DNA of 62,955 nucleotides from Planctomycetota bacterium (GTDB lineage Bacteria; Planctomycetota; Phycisphaerae; Phycisphaerales; UBA1924): assembly GCA_022563015.1 (NCBI GenBank), contig JADFOF010000001.1:1-62955 (forward strand). The letters are read 5' to 3'. Positions 25,462 through 34,214 of the stretch are shown here, piece after piece (the first letter of the stretch is position 1; each line of letters begins with the position of its first letter). The translations under genes and the position numbers were made by a program. Under the pieces are notes generated by a model, which was not told where the DNA came from, made no database searches, and saw nothing but the letters and a program-made list of their open reading frames with translations.

Positions 25462-27197
25462 CCACGACGGCAGCCCAGTCCGGCAGGAACGGCCGACCCA
25501 CGCGGGTCGCGGCTGTGCACGCACAGGGCGATCGTTTGCGGCTCGTGGTGCTGTCGACGGATGCCCAGCCGGAGGTGCTCGAGGCGGTGGACCTGCCGCT
25601 GGGGCAGGCGGGCGACGTGTGCGGCGTGATCAAGCGGCACAATGTCGATTTCGTGGTGGCCGTCGCGCCGGCGCGACAGTGCGTCTGCCGGTGCGTGGAT
25701 ATGCCCGGCGCCGGGGACGATCCGGGTGACGCGATCTCGCTGCTGCTCGAAACCCAGCTGCCCGGCGACCCGCCCGCGCACCGACGGGCCGGCGGGGTTG
25801 TTCGCGGCGGGGTGAACGGCCAGCGCGTCGCGTTGTTGACCGGGTGGATCGACCGTGACGGTGCCGCCGTGGATTGGGCCGCGATCATCGATCCTGCCTG
25901 CTGGGTGGCCGAGGTGGCCTCGATCGAGGCGCTGCGAACGGATCGCAAGGGTCTGCTCGCGCACGCCGACCAGTCCGCCGGCACGATCTCGGTCTTCGCG
26001 GCTGGTGAAAAGGACACGGCGGCCCGCGTCCTGGTCGAGGACGGCTCGAACCAGGACGTGTGGCGTCAGGCGGTCGTGCGTGCGATCGAAGAGACCGCTG
26101 CCGCGGCTGGACTCGATACCGCCGATCAGGACATCCGCGCTCGTGACATCGTGCTGGTCATGTCCGCTTCGGATCGAGCGGCCCTGTCGGCGAAGATGAT
26201 CGGGATCGATCCAGCGGCGGCGTGGCTGGACACCTTCGGCGTCGCGCTGGGCGCGGCGTTGGTGGCGGGCTCAGCCCATGCAAACCGGCGCGGGCTCGCG
26301 GGCCTTTCGCTGGCGTCCAGGGCGGTGAGTGAGCCGGCGCTCGTGCGGGCGGCTGGATGGCTGGCCCAGCCCCGCAACGCGCTGGTCACATGCATGGCGG
26401 CGATCGTGCTGATGCTGATGACGCCGTTGACATTCGCATGGGGTCGAGCCGCGCTGCTGGAACACAAGGCCGATGCCGCGAAACAGCACGAGTTGCAACA
26501 GCGAGAGCGATCGCGGAGCGCGGCGGTGTATGGTGAGTTGAATAAGAGCTACTGGCCGGTGACGAAGCTTCTGTCGGACATCTCCCGGGCTGCGCCCATG
26601 GGCGTGGAGGTCGACCAGGTGACGATCGCTCCGCAGCAGGGGAGTGTGCTGATCGAGGGTCGGGCCGAGCTCCTGGAGGACGTGCACACGTTTCGAGGCA
26701 ATCTGAATGACTCGGGCGTGTTCGAGCGCGCACAGACCGCGCGCACGCAGGGCACGGACGACGGCACGATTGAGTTCTCCCTCACTGCAAACGTGGGGAA
26801 CGCCCACGTGCTCTACCGCGGCGAGCAGGACTTCGCCGCCCGGACGCTCGCGCAGCAACTGTACCAGGAAGACGATGCGTCCAACTTGAACTGGACGCCG
26901 AGTTCCGGCTCTGATTCGATTCGCCGCGCACCCGTTCGGAGCCGTCGGGCCGAAGCACGCAACGACGGCAGTGACCGACGCCCGGCCTCGACAGCGAAGC
27001 CCGCGGGCGATATCCCGCCCCCGCTGACGCCGGAGCAACTGCAGAGCACGGACAGAACGGCGCTCATGAAGGCGAAGGTCGCGCGGTACACGGCCCTCAG
27101 AAAAGTGGAGGACGAAGAAGCGAAGAACCGCTTGCAGGATGAGCTGAACCAACTCGACGAGCGGCTCAACGCCTTGAGGGCGGGGGGGACGCCGTGA
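25458..27197 (+). CDS. GspL-like assembly protein (PilM-like cytoplasmic domain, TM, PilN-like periplasmic domain, charged C-terminal extension)
   Basis: Position follows gspK. Single TM LVTCMAAIVLMLMTPLTF near residue 300. ATGA overlaps on both sides. Confidence 0.6.
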   Translation: MTTTAAQSGRNGRPTRVAAVHAQGDRLRLVVLSTDAQPEVLEAVDLPLGQAGDVCGVIKRHNVDFVVAVAPARQCVCRCVDMPGAGDDPGDAISLLLETQLPGDPPAHRRAGGVVRGGVNGQRVALLTGWIDRDGAAVDWAAIIDPACWVAEVASIEALRTDRKGLLAHADQSAGTISVFAAGEKDTAARVLVEDGSNQDVWRQAVVRAIEETAAAAGLDTADQDIRARDIVLVMSASDRAALSAKMIGIDPAAAWLDTFGVALGAALVAGSAHANRRGLAGLSLASRAVSEPALVRAAGWLAQPRNALVTCMAAIVLMLMTPLTFAWGRAALLEHKADAAKQHELQQRERSRSAAVYGELNKSYWPVTKLLSDISRAAPMGVEVDQVTIAPQQGSVLIEGRAELLEDVHTFRGNLNDSGVFERAQTARTQGTDDGTIEFSLTANVGNAHVLYRGEQDFAARTLAQQLYQEDDASNLNWTPSSGSDSIRRAPVRSRRAEARNDGSDRRPASTAKPAGDIPPPLTPEQLQSTDRTALMKAKVARYTALRKVEDEEAKNRLQDELNQLDERLNALRAGGTP

Positions 27198-27790
27198 CGA
27201 AGTTGTGGCTACGACTGACTGAGTTGTCATTCGTGATGAAGTTCGCGATCGGTGCGGGCGTATTCCTGGTGGTCTACTTCGTCGCAATCGAGCCGGGGCT
27301 CACCGCATACGGACGCTTCAACATGAGAGCGACGGACGCCTCGGCGTGGCTGAAGCAGTACGCCACGCGGACCGCCCAGCAGACGGGGCTCGTGTCGGAG
27401 GTTGCGGTCGGTGAGAGCCGATACGGGGTGGTCGAGCCTCCGGCGTCGTTCGAGCAGCGAACCGCCGACATGGACGAGAGCATCCGAGAGATCCTCGAGC
27501 AGTTCAACGTCGAAAACCAGAGCATCACCTCTCGATACAAGGTGCTGCCGCCGGACACACTGAGTGGCTCGGTCGATTCCGGCCAGCGGGTCGAGCGGGT
27601 ATTCAAGGAGATCGGGTTCGACTCGACGCCGGAGCAGTTTGCTTCGGTGCTCGCGGCGTTGGAGCAGAGCCCCGTCATTGTCGGTGTGTCGCGGCTGGAC
27701 ATTCGTCGCGACCGCTCCGGACAGCGGCGCGTGCTGGTCTCTATGACCGTCGACGGATGGGTCCTCGCCCGAAAGGAGGGCCCGCGATGA
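27194..27790 (+). CDS. GspM/PilO-like assembly protein
   Basis: GTG start in a GTGA overlap. N-terminal TM FAIGAGVFLVVYFVAI. Size and position match GspM. Confidence 0.6.
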   Translation: MTKLWLRLTELSFVMKFAIGAGVFLVVYFVAIEPGLTAYGRFNMRATDASAWLKQYATRTAQQTGLVSEVAVGESRYGVVEPPASFEQRTADMDESIREILEQFNVENQSITSRYKVLPPDTLSGSVDSGQRVERVFKEIGFDSTPEQFASVLAALEQSPVIVGVSRLDIRRDRSGQRRVLVSMTVDGWVLARKEGPR

Positions 27791-28467
27791 CCACCAGCCG
27801 CGGCGATGTGGTGCGCGCGGGCCGACTGCTCGGTGTCGGCGGCGGGATTGCCGCGCTGATGCTGGCGCTGTACGTGCTCGTCGCGTCGGTATCGGGTGTG
27901 TCGCTGATCTCGGCGCTGCTCGTGCCGACCACGAGCCCAAGCGAAAGTCCTGCGGATTCCCTTCCGGCAGGGCAGGATCGGCTCTCGGATTACGTCGCGC
28001 AGATCGATGGGCGCACCATGTTCTTCACACCCGCGCCACCTCCGCCACGGCCGGTGTTTGCAGCCAACAACCAGGACGGACCCGACGTGGATCCACCCCC
28101 GGCACGTTACGGCGGGCCGAGCGTGATCGGGCTCCTCAACGACATGGTCTGGTTCTCCGACAAGCGGCAGGCGATCGTCGGGGGCGAGGCGGTGGGGGAT
28201 CTGCGCGTGATTTCGACCGACGCCCCGTGGAGCGTGACGGTGAAATGGCAGGGCGTGGAGTTCGACGTGCCATTCCTGGCGCGGGACAGCGTCGTGCTGG
28301 CCGGCGACGAGGAGTCCGCGCGGGCCGAGGCTCTCGGTCCGATCGAACTGGCCTTGAGCGAACCCGGTCGTGCCGAGTCGGCCGCGTCAGAGCCCACGCC
28401 GGGCAACGAACCAGAAGTTGACCAGACAATTCCGCCAGCGGGCGTTCAGCCGGGAGACCAACGATGA
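27787..28467 (+). CDS. GspC/PilP-like protein
   Basis: ATG at 27787 (ATGA overlap). TM GGGIAALMLALYVLVASV, a proline-rich linker, then SVIGLLNDMVWF...GDLRVIS HR-like domain directly upstream of the secretin. Confidence 0.55.
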   Translation: MTTSRGDVVRAGRLLGVGGGIAALMLALYVLVASVSGVSLISALLVPTTSPSESPADSLPAGQDRLSDYVAQIDGRTMFFTPAPPPPRPVFAANNQDGPDVDPPPARYGGPSVIGLLNDMVWFSDKRQAIVGGEAVGDLRVISTDAPWSVTVKWQGVEFDVPFLARDSVVLAGDEESARAEALGPIELALSEPGRAESAASEPTPGNEPEVDQTIPPAGVQPGDQR

Positions 28468-30845
28468 TGAACTTCAACCGCTTCTCATGGACGATTCGCG
28501 CCGCGTGTGGCACCCTTGCGGCGCTGACGCTCGTGTGCGGGCAGGCGTTGGCGTTTCAGGACGAGGGAGACGCCCAACCTGACCGACGTGACGAGCGGGG
28601 TCGTCGCATTCTGAGCGGCCCGGACACGGTGCTCGCGTTCAAGAACGTCTCCATCGATCAACTCGTGCCGTTCATCGTCGAGGCGACGGGCAAGGTCGTC
28701 CTGCCCCAGAGCGACGTCCTGACGCGGCGGATCACGATCCTGAATGATCGGCTGATTCCGCGCCAGCGTGCGCTCGATCTGATATTCCTCGCGCTGCAGC
28801 AGGAGGGGATCGCGGTGGTCGAGACCGCCGAAACGATCACGCTTCGCGACATCACGGAGATCGATCGCCAGGACGTGCCGGTTCTGGGGTCCGAAGAGTC
28901 CGTGCTCGATCGTCGCGACTACGGCACGATCGTCGAGAAGGTCTTCGGGCTGAGCAACTCGACCGCGGAGACGATGGGCGACCTGCTCGAGGACATGATT
29001 CCGGACTACGCGAAGCTGACGGTCGACGAGGAGTCCAACCAGGTGGTGGTGATGGGGAACATCGCGCTGCTGCAGCGGATGGAGCGGCTGATCGCTTCGC
29101 TCGACCGAGATCGCTCGGACGCGGTGCAGACGGAGACGTTCCGCCTCCGCTACGCCGACGCCGAGCAGGTCAAGGAGAACATTGAAGAGCTCTACGCGGC
29201 TGACACGGGCCAGGGCGCCGGCAATCAGGCGCGAGGCAACCAGCGGACTCAGCAACAAGTTCGGTTCAACTTCGGCGGCCGGGGCGGGGCCGGCACCAGC
29301 GCCGGCGATTCGAACTCGTCAAATCCATCGGAGAATCTGCGCGTCAGCGCCAATGTTCAGCAGAACTCGGTGACGGTTGTCGCCGAGCCGAGCATACTGG
29401 CGCAGATCCGCGGCCTGATCGAGAACGATTGGGACGTGCCGATCGTGAAGGCAGAGGTCGTTCCCAAGGTGTATACCCTGCTGTATACGGATCCGATCAA
29501 GGTCGCCGATGCGCTTTCAGAGCTCTTCGACGACGAAGATGTGAACCGGCTGGCGGGGCAGTTCTCGTTCCAGCCGCTGGCGGATTCAAACCAGCTGGTC
29601 GTGCTGACGAAGTCGCCGGACAACATCGGCGTGGTTGACGAGATGATCGCCCAGATCGACAGGCCGCAGACCGTGGGGTTGCCGGCGATCGTCGAACTCA
29701 AGCACTCGTCCGCGGAGGAGGTGGCCGAGCAGCTCAACGCCCTGCTGGCGCAGGACGGCACGATCGCCCAGCTGCCCCGGTCCGAGACGGGGCTCGCCGC
29801 CGGGTCGTCCAACATCAGTCCGTTCTCGAGCACCGCGGACGACACTCAGACGCAGGACAACCAGCCGCAGGTGGACGTGATCCAGTTCTGGTGGCAGCGA
29901 TCGAGGCCGCCCACCGACGAGCGCGGGCCATCGAACCTTATCTCTCAGATCCGCATCGTCCCTGTGTGGCGTCAGAACGCGCTCATGGTCCTGGCCCCGC
30001 CGGAATACAAAGAGTCCATCGTCAAGCTGATCCAGGATCTCGACAAGCCGGGGCGGCAGGTGATGATTCGGGTCATCATCGCGCAGGTGTCAACGGACGA
30101 CTCGACGGCGCTGGGGTTCCGTTGGTCCAGCGATGCAATCAATCTGCAGACGGGCGACAACTCGATCCGGTTCGGGATCGGTGCGAATGCGACGGAGAAC
30201 AACCTCCTCGGCAATGCGTTCGATACGTCGGTGCTGAACGTGAACACCGACCTGAACGTCGTACTCCAGGCCCTGGCCCAGAACACGAGCGTGAACATCC
30301 TCACCTCGCCGGAGATCTTCACGAGCGACAACCAGGAGGCTTCTTTCTTCGACGGGCAGGACATCGCGTTTCCGGTGTCCGTCCAGACGTTTGATACAGG
30401 GGCGGTGACCGTGAACACGGACTACCGCGCGGTGGGAATCCAGCTTCGCGCCCGCCCTCGGATCACGCCCAGCGGCGACGTGGATCTGCGCGTCAATATC
30501 CAGGTCTCCAGCATCGCGCCCGGTCAGATCGTCAACGGCAGCATCGTGGTCGACCGGAGCGAGGCCACCACTCAGCTCATCGTCAAGAACGGCCAGACCA
30601 TCGTGCTCTCGGGAATCAAGCAGAGCGAGGACACGGAGATCATCCGCAAGGTGCCGATCCTGGGCGACATCCCGATTCTCGACTGGTTCTTCAAGTCCAA
30701 GGAAACGATTGCGGTCGAGTCCGAGCTGCTCTTCTTCATCACGCCGTACGTCGTCGAGAACACCGGCGAGCTGGAAAAGCTCAACCAGCCCTACATAGAC
30801 ACGCTGGACAGGCAGCGGGCCGAGAAGGAGAACGAGGGCCAGTGA
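28464..30845 (+). CDS. gspD: type II secretion secretin GspD
   Basis: Signal peptide, N0-N3-like repeats, C-terminal secretin core (ILTSPEIFTSDNQEA...VLSGIKQ...RKVPILGDIPILDWFFKSK). Confidence 0.92.
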   Translation: MMNFNRFSWTIRAACGTLAALTLVCGQALAFQDEGDAQPDRRDERGRRILSGPDTVLAFKNVSIDQLVPFIVEATGKVVLPQSDVLTRRITILNDRLIPRQRALDLIFLALQQEGIAVVETAETITLRDITEIDRQDVPVLGSEESVLDRRDYGTIVEKVFGLSNSTAETMGDLLEDMIPDYAKLTVDEESNQVVVMGNIALLQRMERLIASLDRDRSDAVQTETFRLRYADAEQVKENIEELYAADTGQGAGNQARGNQRTQQQVRFNFGGRGGAGTSAGDSNSSNPSENLRVSANVQQNSVTVVAEPSILAQIRGLIENDWDVPIVKAEVVPKVYTLLYTDPIKVADALSELFDDEDVNRLAGQFSFQPLADSNQLVVLTKSPDNIGVVDEMIAQIDRPQTVGLPAIVELKHSSAEEVAEQLNALLAQDGTIAQLPRSETGLAAGSSNISPFSSTADDTQTQDNQPQVDVIQFWWQRSRPPTDERGPSNLISQIRIVPVWRQNALMVLAPPEYKESIVKLIQDLDKPGRQVMIRVIIAQVSTDDSTALGFRWSSDAINLQTGDNSIRFGIGANATENNLLGNAFDTSVLNVNTDLNVVLQALAQNTSVNILTSPEIFTSDNQEASFFDGQDIAFPVSVQTFDTGAVTVNTDYRAVGIQLRARPRITPSGDVDLRVNIQVSSIAPGQIVNGSIVVDRSEATTQLIVKNGQTIVLSGIKQSEDTEIIRKVPILGDIPILDWFFKSKETIAVESELLFFITPYVVENTGELEKLNQPYIDTLDRQRAEKENEGQ

Positions 30846-32116
30846 GGAGAGCCCGCGTGGTGATGCGTCTGTGCTCTGTTCTCGCAGCGGTCGCGATGTT
30901 GGCCGGGTGCCAGGTCGAGGTGTCTCGCCGGCCGATCGGGCGAGGGGCTCGATCGGCCGAGCCTCGTGTCGAGATGCCGACCGGACCCATCGCAACCCTG
31001 CGTGCGAACGTCACGACGAGCGCTCGGATTCGGCTGGAGATCACGCCTGTCGGGGTGGTTCGCTACGACGGGCAGGTGCTGCCGATGCTCTCGCCGAACG
31101 GTCGATTCCTGGCGGTGCAAGAGGGTGCCGCGCCGACCTGGCCGACGCTGCTGGCCGCCGACGGCGCCGTCCCGCCACTCCGCACGCGGATCGCCGTGTA
31201 CGAGATCACCGATCGCCGGCTGCATCGCGTCGAGTTCGCGTTGCAGCTTCCGACCGGGCTCTTGCTCGGGCGATCGGCCGGCGAGAACGGGTTTCTTGTC
31301 GAGTCGCCCAGGCCCGACGGCTCGCGGTGGATCGGGCTGGTCGATTGGGTCGCCGGCGGCGTCGAGTGGCTGGTCCGCGACCAGCACGTCAATGCCCATG
31401 CGGTCTTCACCCCCACGGGCCACCTCGTGTACGCCAGACGCTCCGTCGGTCAGCCCGCCGTTTCGCTCGTGATGCGGGATCGATTCGGCAATGTGGATGT
31501 GCAGTCGAGCGACGAGGCCTCGGCCATGTTTCCGTTGTGCACCGATGAGCCGGGCGTTGTCTATGTCTTCGCCCAAGAGGACGGCGAGTTGATCGTCCGG
31601 GCGATTCACATCGTCGAGAGCTCGATCAGACGCGACGCGTTCGTTCTCGGATCGATCGAGATGCAGCGACGGATCGCGTCCAACGCGCCGGCGACGCTGG
31701 CCTATCAGTGTCTCGCGGGGGTGGGGTACGGCCTGCCGGCCGGAGACCAGGACGCCTCATTGCTCGAGCTGCCCGTCGTGTTCTTCCATCCCCTCCTGAA
31801 GCGTCTGGTGGCGATGGATCGGCGAGACGGGAGCTTCGGCACATTCCCGGAACGATCCTTCGCCGCGGCCCGATCCCGGTTCCAGGACACGCCCGGGTAT
31901 TTCGTCGCGACGCCGAACGAGCTGTTTTTCTCGATGCTTCGGAGCGGCCCGTTCAGCGCTGAACCGGTGCGATCCGCACGGGCGCTCGACGACGCCTACA
32001 TCCCGCGCGCCAGCACGAACCCCGATCTGCCCCTGGTCGTGTTCGGCCCCAGCGATCGAGATCCGTACGAACTCGCGGTGCTGCGCGTGACGATTCCGCG
32101 CCCGGATCAGAACTGA
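30842..32116 (+). CDS. lipoprotein co-transcribed with the secretin (function unknown; pilotin or accessory candidate)
   Basis: GTG start in a GTGA overlap with gspD. Lipobox VAMLAGC. No recognisable motif. Repeat-like beta-rich sequence. Confidence 0.6.
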   Translation: MRRARVVMRLCSVLAAVAMLAGCQVEVSRRPIGRGARSAEPRVEMPTGPIATLRANVTTSARIRLEITPVGVVRYDGQVLPMLSPNGRFLAVQEGAAPTWPTLLAADGAVPPLRTRIAVYEITDRRLHRVEFALQLPTGLLLGRSAGENGFLVESPRPDGSRWIGLVDWVAGGVEWLVRDQHVNAHAVFTPTGHLVYARRSVGQPAVSLVMRDRFGNVDVQSSDEASAMFPLCTDEPGVVYVFAQEDGELIVRAIHIVESSIRRDAFVLGSIEMQRRIASNAPATLAYQCLAGVGYGLPAGDQDASLLELPVVFFHPLLKRLVAMDRRDGSFGTFPERSFAAARSRFQDTPGYFVATPNELFFSMLRSGPFSAEPVRSARALDDAYIPRASTNPDLPLVVFGPSDRDPYELAVLRVTIPRPDQN

Positions 32117-32177
32117 GCGCAGCGGGGTTCGCTGAGCGGCCTGAGAAAGACGTCTGAATACGTGCGCCGCGATCCGC

Positions 32178-34214
32178 CTACCGACTGTGATGGTGCATCG
32201 CCAGGTCGATCCAGGCGTCGCTCTTGGCGCTCTCGGACCGAAGCACCGCGGCGCGGCGGCCGGACGACCACTGAGCCACGCCCCACAGAACTCTCGCTGC
32301 CAGGCGTCGAACCGTGCCGCGCGTCGAACGTGTGAGCGCGACGAGCAGTTTCAGACCGTGACGAGCCACCAGCTGGTCTTCGAGCGATATGTAGGTCTCC
32401 GCGAGCCCGGGATCGCCCTGCCGACCCGCGCGGCCGTAGAGCTGACGATCGACGCGGGACTCGGCGTGCCGTTCCGTGGCGATCACCACCAGGCCGCCCA
32501 GCTTGCGCGTTGTGTCGTCGATGATGATATCGGTGCCGCGACCGGCCATGTTCGTCGCGACCGTCACGGCGCCGGAGCGACCCGCCTGGGCCACGATCTG
32601 AGCCTCTTCCGCCTCGCGTGTCGCGTTCAGGATTCGGCACGGCACGCCGCGATCACTGAGCATCTGCCCGAGTCGTTCCGATGAGGCGACGCTGCGCGTG
32701 CCGATGAGCACCGCCCGCCCCTCGTGGTGCAGCGACTCGGTGCGCTTTGCGACGGCTATGAACTTCTCCGCCTCGGTCGTGAACACGCGGTCCCCGGCCT
32801 TGGCGCGGATCACGGGCCGATGCGTCGGCACGCGCACGACCCGCAGGCGGTAGTACTTCCAGAGCTCATCGGAGACCTCCCACGCGGTCCCGGTCATGCC
32901 GCTCAGCTTGCGGTAACGCTGGAAAAACCGCTGGTAGCTCACGCGGGCGCTCGTGACGCGCTCGTCGCTGAGATCCAGTTCTTCCTTGGCCTCGACGGCC
33001 TGGTGCACACCGAGCTGCCACTGTCGTCCGTCGAGCAGCCGTCCGGTCGAGCGGTCCACGATGATGAGCTTGCCCTCCTGGACGATGTAGTCGTCGTCCC
33101 TGACGTACAGCTCCCGCGCGGAGATCGCGCGCACGAGCAACTCCTCGCTGCGCCTTGGTCCCGCCCAGAACGGGGGCAACTCCCCGGCCAGCCCGGCCAG
33201 CTTGTTCCGCCCGGCGTCGGTCAGGCGCACCGTGTGCTGGCGTTTATCGACGGTGTAGTCGTGCTGCGTCTCGAATCGCCCGGCGAGTTCAGCCGCGATG
33301 CGAAAGTGCATGGTCCGCTGCCGGGTGGCGTCGTCGGGCAGTTCCTGGGCAATGATGGCCGGCGTCACCGCCTCGTCGATGAGCACGCTGTCCGCCTCGT
33401 CCACGATCGCCGCGTTCAACCCGCGCTGCACGACCATGTCGCCCCAACGGTGGCCTGGCGTGACCTGACTCTCCCGCGTGAGTTCATCCAGGAGCAACGA
33501 GGCCAGCCGCGGGTTCAGCGGCGACACGAGGCGGTCTCTCAGAAAGTCGAAGATCACCTGCTTGTCGGCGGCGTAGGTGACACACCTTGCGTACGCCTGC
33601 TTCCGCTCCAGCTGCGGCATCCCGTCCTGAAGCACCCCGACGGTTATGCCCAGCCGCCGAAATACCGGGCCTGTGATCCGGGCGTCGCGGTCGGCGAGAT
33701 AATCGTTCACGGTGATGACGTGCAGGCCCCGTCCGATCCAGCCCTCGATGGCGGCGGGCAGCACCGCCGTGATCGTCTTCCCTTCGCCGGTGGCCATCTC
33801 CGCGCAGCAGCCGCGCGACATCGCCAACGCCCCCATGATCTGCTCGACGTGCAAAGTGAGCCCGACATGGCGTCGAATGGCTTCGCAGGCCACGGCGTAG
33901 GCCTCGCCCAGCGATTCGCCGGTCGTTCCCACGCACAGCACGGACGCCCTGCACTCATCCACAACCGCGTCGAACGCCGCCTCGCTCAGCTTCGAGTGCG
34001 CCGCCGCTCGGCCGGCGATTCGTTCCGCCTCGCGACGGTCTCTCGCTGGGGCGCGCCGACGAAGCGCACGCGCCGCCAGTCGCTCCGCGATGGCGTCGGC
34101 ACCCCGCGTCGGCGTCGTGCGGACAAATGGCCGGGCCAGCGATGCCCAGAGACGATCATCGACACGCTGATCGTCCGCGCCCCGTACCGAGATGCTGCCC
34201 GACAGCAGGCTCAT
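32178..34214 (-). CDS. SecA-like ATPase, C-terminally truncated (NBD1, PPXD, NBD2 and a short helix only)
   Basis: EMATGEGKT (Walker A), VDEADSVLIDEAVTPAII (DEAD), LSGMTGTA, VLIGTRSV, ATNMAGRGTDI and GGLVVIATERHAESRVDRQLYGRAGRQGDPG all match SecA motor motifs. Ends about 70 aa after NBD2. ATGA overlap with the upstream gene. Confidence 0.85.
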   Translation of the reverse strand: MSLLSGSISVRGADDQRVDDRLWASLARPFVRTTPTRGADAIAERLAARALRRRAPARDRREAERIAGRAAAHSKLSEAAFDAVVDECRASVLCVGTTGESLGEAYAVACEAIRRHVGLTLHVEQIMGALAMSRGCCAEMATGEGKTITAVLPAAIEGWIGRGLHVITVNDYLADRDARITGPVFRRLGITVGVLQDGMPQLERKQAYARCVTYAADKQVIFDFLRDRLVSPLNPRLASLLLDELTRESQVTPGHRWGDMVVQRGLNAAIVDEADSVLIDEAVTPAIIAQELPDDATRQRTMHFRIAAELAGRFETQHDYTVDKRQHTVRLTDAGRNKLAGLAGELPPFWAGPRRSEELLVRAISARELYVRDDDYIVQEGKLIIVDRSTGRLLDGRQWQLGVHQAVEAKEELDLSDERVTSARVSYQRFFQRYRKLSGMTGTAWEVSDELWKYYRLRVVRVPTHRPVIRAKAGDRVFTTEAEKFIAVAKRTESLHHEGRAVLIGTRSVASSERLGQMLSDRGVPCRILNATREAEEAQIVAQAGRSGAVTVATNMAGRGTDIIIDDTTRKLGGLVVIATERHAESRVDRQLYGRAGRQGDPGLAETYISLEDQLVARHGLKLLVALTRSTRGTVRRLAARVLWGVAQWSSGRRAAVLRSESAKSDAWIDLAMHHHSR

